Source: Thermoleophilaceae bacterium (GTDB lineage: Bacteria; Actinomycetota; Thermoleophilia; Solirubrobacterales; Thermoleophilaceae). Taken from it: 64,000 nt of DNA. Positions 60,777-64,000 of this stretch are shown here, one piece after another (position 1 is the first letter of the stretch; every line of letters starts with the position of its first letter). The position numbers and the translations under genes were made by a program. Where the stretch lies: NCBI GenBank assembly GCA_035650215.1, contig DASRIC010000002.1, positions 18,515-82,514 on the forward strand, in the 5' to 3' direction. The notes under the pieces are model-generated. The model saw nothing but the letters and a program-made list of their open reading frames with translations. It was not told the origin of the DNA and made no database searches.

Positions 60777-62575
60777 GGCCCGAGCCGTCCCGCCTCCTCG
60801 GCCGCGGCCTCCGCCGCGTCGAGCTGGCGCTCGATCAGGTCGAGGCCGGAGCTCCAGAAGCCCGGGTCGGCCAGGTCGACGCCCACGATCGCGCCGAGCT
60901 CCTCCGGCGGCAGCGAGCCGCCGGCGCGCAGCAGGTCGAGATATGAGCCCACGAACCTCTCGCCCTCCTCCTCGTAACGGCGGTAGACCGACAGCGCCAG
61001 CAGGTGTCCGTAGGCGTAGGCGTAGACGTAGCCGGGCGCGTCGACGAAGTGCCACACGTACGACCACCAGAGCCCGTAGTCCTCGTCGAGCTCGACGCTG
61101 TCGCCGAGCAGGTCCGCCTGCGTCTCGAGCCAGAGCTCGGCGAAGCGGTCCGTGGACAGCTCGCCGGCGTCGCGGCGCGCGGAGTGAATAGCGTGCTCGA
61201 AGCGGTTCATCGCGACCTGCCGGAAGACCGCCGCCACCGCGCCGTCGAGCGCGCCCGCGAGCAGGTCGAGCCGCCCGGCCGCGCCGGGCGCGCGGTCGAG
61301 CAGCGCCTCGAGCACGATCGTCTCGCCGAAGATCGAGGCCGTCTCGGCCAGCGTGAGCGGCGTGACGAAGTGGTAGATGCCCTGCGGCCGGGCGAGCGAG
61401 GCGTGCACGCCGTGGCCCAGCTCGTGGGCCATCGTGAGCACGTCGTTCGGACGGGAGGTGTAGTTGAGCAGCACGTAGGGGTGCGCCGACGGCACCGTGT
61501 AGGAGCAGAAGGCGCCGCCGCGCTTGCCGGGCCGGGGCGGGCCGTCGATGTAGCCGTTCTCGAAGAAGGCCGACGCGGTGCTCCCGAGCTCGGGGGAGAA
61601 GCCCCCGTAGCAGTCGAGCACGATGCGCCGCGCCTCGTCATAGGGGATGCGCTCGTCCGAGTCGGACACCGGCGCCATCCGGTCGTAGTAGGCGAGCCGC
61701 TCGAGTCCGAGCAGCCTCGCCTTCAGCGTGTACCAGCGCCGGGCGAGGTCGTAACGGCCGGCCACGGCGGCGATCAGCGCCTCGACCGACTCGTCGCTCG
61801 CCTCGTTCGCGAGGTTGCGCGAGGCGAGCCAGTGCGGGTAGCTGCGCAGGCGGTCCTTCGTGGCTTTGTCGGCCAGCAGCGTGTTGAACACGTACGCGCG
61901 AGTGCGGAGCCCCGGGCGCAGCGCCTCGGTTACGGCCCGGGCGGCCTCGGCACGCCGCTCGCGGTCGGGATCCTGGAGGCGGCTCAGGCCCTCCTCGAGC
62001 GAGGCCGGCTCGTCGAGGTCGGGCAGCGGCACCTCGAGCGCCGCGGCCTGCTCGGTGAAGAGGCGCCGGAAAGCCGATGCGCCGGTCACGTCCGTCTCGG
62101 TAAGCACGCGCTCCTCCGGCTCGGAGAGCTGGTGCGGGCGGTAGCGCCGCAGCGAGCGCAGGTAGTGGGCGCAGAACTCGAGCTCGAAGGCGGCGAGCAG
62201 CTCCTCCGCCCGCTCCTCCGGAAGGAGGTTCCACTCGAGATCGAAGAAGAGGAGCTTCGTCTCCACCTCGGCGCCCAGCTCGCGCGATCGCTGGAGCGAC
62301 GCGCCGCGCTCCGGGTCGGCGGTGTCGAGCGAGAAGCGAAGCATGGCGTAGGAGCCCGCGCGGCCACCGAGGTCGTGGATGGCAGCCAGCTCGCGCATCG
62401 CGTCGGCCAGGCCGGCGGCGCCCAGCTCGGCCACCGCGCCGCGATGGCGCTGGGCGAACGCCTCGGCGCGGTCGCGCGCCTCGGTCAGCATCTCGATCAC
62501 GCCGTCGGCTCCCCTGCCGCCCACGAGCGGCTCCAGGTCCCAGGCGGCCTCGGTCAGTGCGGTGTCGGTGCTCAC
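60773..62575 (-). CDS. pepF: M3-family oligoendopeptidase F
   Basis: HELGHGVH zinc motif with typical PepF length and flanking blocks. GTG start. Confidence 0.9.
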   Translation of the reverse strand: MSTDTALTEAAWDLEPLVGGRGADGVIEMLTEARDRAEAFAQRHRGAVAELGAAGLADAMRELAAIHDLGGRAGSYAMLRFSLDTADPERGASLQRSRELGAEVETKLLFFDLEWNLLPEERAEELLAAFELEFCAHYLRSLRRYRPHQLSEPEERVLTETDVTGASAFRRLFTEQAAALEVPLPDLDEPASLEEGLSRLQDPDRERRAEAARAVTEALRPGLRTRAYVFNTLLADKATKDRLRSYPHWLASRNLANEASDESVEALIAAVAGRYDLARRWYTLKARLLGLERLAYYDRMAPVSDSDERIPYDEARRIVLDCYGGFSPELGSTASAFFENGYIDGPPRPGKRGGAFCSYTVPSAHPYVLLNYTSRPNDVLTMAHELGHGVHASLARPQGIYHFVTPLTLAETASIFGETIVLEALLDRAPGAAGRLDLLAGALDGAVAAVFRQVAMNRFEHAIHSARRDAGELSTDRFAELWLETQADLLGDSVELDEDYGLWWSYVWHFVDAPGYVYAYAYGHLLALSVYRRYEEEGERFVGSYLDLLRAGGSLPPEELGAIVGVDLADPGFWSSGLDLIERQLDAAEAAAEEAGRLGP

Positions 62576-62641
62576 GGGAGGGAGGATATGAGCCCGTCGC
62601 CCGGTCGGTGCTCACGGCGCCAGCGGATATGAACCGTCACG

Positions 62642-63550
62642 ATGTCGGCCGTGAGCGACGCTCCGACACCCCTCGAGGAGGCGCCCGCCGGGCTCGACGG
62701 TGGCCGCCCGCTCTTCCTCAAGCGCGAGGACGTGCACGAGCTGGGCGCGTTCAAGTGGCGCGGCGCGCTGCCGGCACTCGAGGTCTTCCGCCAGCGCGGC
62801 GCCGACGCCGTGGTCACCGCCTCGACCGGCAACCACGGCGCGGCGAGCGCGTGGGCGGCGGAGCGCACCGGGATGCGCGCGATCGTCTTCGCGCCGGAGG
62901 GCGCGAGCCAGGCGAAGCTCGAGCTGCTCGAGCGGCTCGGCGCCGAAGTGCATCTGGTGGGGGAGGACCTCGACGCCGCCAAGGACCTCGGCCGCGGCTG
63001 GGCCTCGGAGCGCGGGCTGCCGTTCTTCGAGGACGGCGCGGAGCCCGCGCAATTCGACGGCTACGCCGCGATCGGCCGCGAGCTGCTCGACCAGCTCGGC
63101 GTGGCACCGGCACGCGTGGTGGTGCCTGTTGGCAACGGCGCGCTGCTGATAGGCGTGGCGCGTGCGGTCGGCGACGGCACCGTCGGGGTGGTGGCCAAGG
63201 CCGCGCCGGTGATGGCCCTCAGCGTGGCCGAGGGCCGGCCCGTGCCCTGCGACGACAGCGACACGTTCGCTGACGGCATGGCCGTGCGGGTGGCGGTGCC
63301 GCTGGCCGTAACCGAGCTCGCCGGGCTCGGGGTTCCCATGCTCAAGGTGTCCGAACGCGCGCTGGCGCGGGCCGTGGGCGCCTACGCACAGGCCGGGATC
63401 CGAGTGGAGGGGTCGGGTGCGGCGTCCCTTGCCGCGCACCTTGCGCTCGGCCCCGCCGACGGCCCCACGGTGCTGATCGTGACCGGCCGCAACATCGACG
63501 ACGGGGTCCATCAGCGCGCGGTCGACGAGCCCGAGGGCTTTCCGGACTGA
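62642..63550 (+). CDS. PLP-dependent threonine/serine dehydratase-family enzyme (Trp-synthase beta fold)
   Basis: ...FLKREDVHELGAFKWRGAL... holds the PLP lysine; STGNHGAASAWAA and GNGALL are also present. Confidence 0.8.
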   Translation: MSAVSDAPTPLEEAPAGLDGGRPLFLKREDVHELGAFKWRGALPALEVFRQRGADAVVTASTGNHGAASAWAAERTGMRAIVFAPEGASQAKLELLERLGAEVHLVGEDLDAAKDLGRGWASERGLPFFEDGAEPAQFDGYAAIGRELLDQLGVAPARVVVPVGNGALLIGVARAVGDGTVGVVAKAAPVMALSVAEGRPVPCDDSDTFADGMAVRVAVPLAVTELAGLGVPMLKVSERALARAVGAYAQAGIRVEGSGAASLAAHLALGPADGPTVLIVTGRNIDDGVHQRAVDEPEGFPD

Positions 63551-63553
63551 GCC

Positions 63554-64000
63554 TCAGCCGAGTTCCGGCACGAGCTCGCCCACCGACTCCACCACCCGCG
63601 ACGGGCGGTAGGGGTGGCGCTCGGCGTCCTGCTCGGAGCTGAGCCCGGTGAGCACGAGGATCGTCTCGAGTCCCGCCTCGAGGCCGGCCACGATGTCCGT
63701 GTCCATGCGGTCCCCGATCATCGCCGTGGACTCCGAGTGCGCGTCGAGCGCGTTCAGCGCCGAGCGCATCATCAGCGGGTTCGGCTTGCCCACGTAGTAG
63801 GGGTCCACGCCCGTGGCGCGGCTCACGAGCGCCGCGACGCTGCCGGTGGCCGGCAGCGGGCCGTCCGGCGTGGGCCCGATGTTGTCCGGGTTGGTTGCGA
63901 TGAAGCGCGCGCCCGCGGCGATCAGCCGGATCGCCTTCGAGATCCGCTCGAAGCTGTAGGTGCGGGTCTCGGCGAGCACGACGTAGTCGGGATCCCGGTC
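63554..64000 (-). CDS. HAD-IIA (NagD-like) phosphatase, C-terminal part (gene runs off the right edge)
   Basis: ...[12 protein letters not shown]...[11 protein letters not shown]...[13 protein letters not shown]...ILVLTG.... Confidence 0.8.
   Translation of the reverse strand, partial: DRDPDYVVLAETRTYSFERISKAIRLIAAGARFIATNPDNIGPTPDGPLPATGSVAALVSRATGVDPYYVGKPNPLMMRSALNALDAHSESTAMIGDRMDTDIVAGLEAGLETILVLTGLSSEQDAERHPYRPSRVVESVGELVPELG

Overview
Very GC-rich (by eye above 70%) chromosomal segment. The gene content looks actinobacterial: an Rpf-type transglycosylase behind a ydaO/c-di-AMP riboswitch, an MmpL-type transporter, and an LMW-PTPase-type ArsC. It is possibly a Thermoleophilia/Rubrobacteria-like lineage, but that is inference only. 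I can support about 58 CDS (2 partial at the window edges), 2 tRNAs (Leu-CAG, Glu-CUC), 2 riboswitches (cobalamin, ydaO), two hairpin terminators and one short coding tandem repeat. I see no rRNA, CRISPR array, transposase, integrase or prophage. Most of the window is housekeeping or accessory metabolism: sodA-fur, glpQ, glpD, folP, rpiA, lon, pepF, a tungstate-type ABC transporter, an ars cluster, several MFS pumps and SDRs. The main candidate for an undescribed system is a tightly coupled plus-strand operon at about 30.3-42.8 kb. It holds a 60-aa single-TM peptide, four large proteins (907, 944, 1392 and 533 aa, 3,776 aa in total), and then a secreted clan-GH-A-like hydrolase. Start and stop codons overlap or abut at every junction. 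By eye the four large proteins have no signal peptide, TM segment, P-loop, metalloprotease, nuclease or helicase motif, and I cannot place them in any named family. Other items worth follow-up:
- a B12-riboswitch-controlled ECF transporter with three DUF4430-like secreted proteins and an S-component fused to an alpha/alpha-toroid repeat domain (a split, transcobalamin-like arrangement)
- a cyclic-2,3-diphosphoglycerate synthetase / 2-phosphoglycerate kinase pair
- a Rho paralogue with ablated ATPase motifs and a (TSED)10 acidic repeat
- a secreted protein with a PHM/DBH-like copper-ligand pattern fused to a type-1-copper cupredoxin domain
- a response regulator, minimal histidine kinase and orphan CpaB trio.
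All family assignments come from motif recognition by eye. No searches were run.
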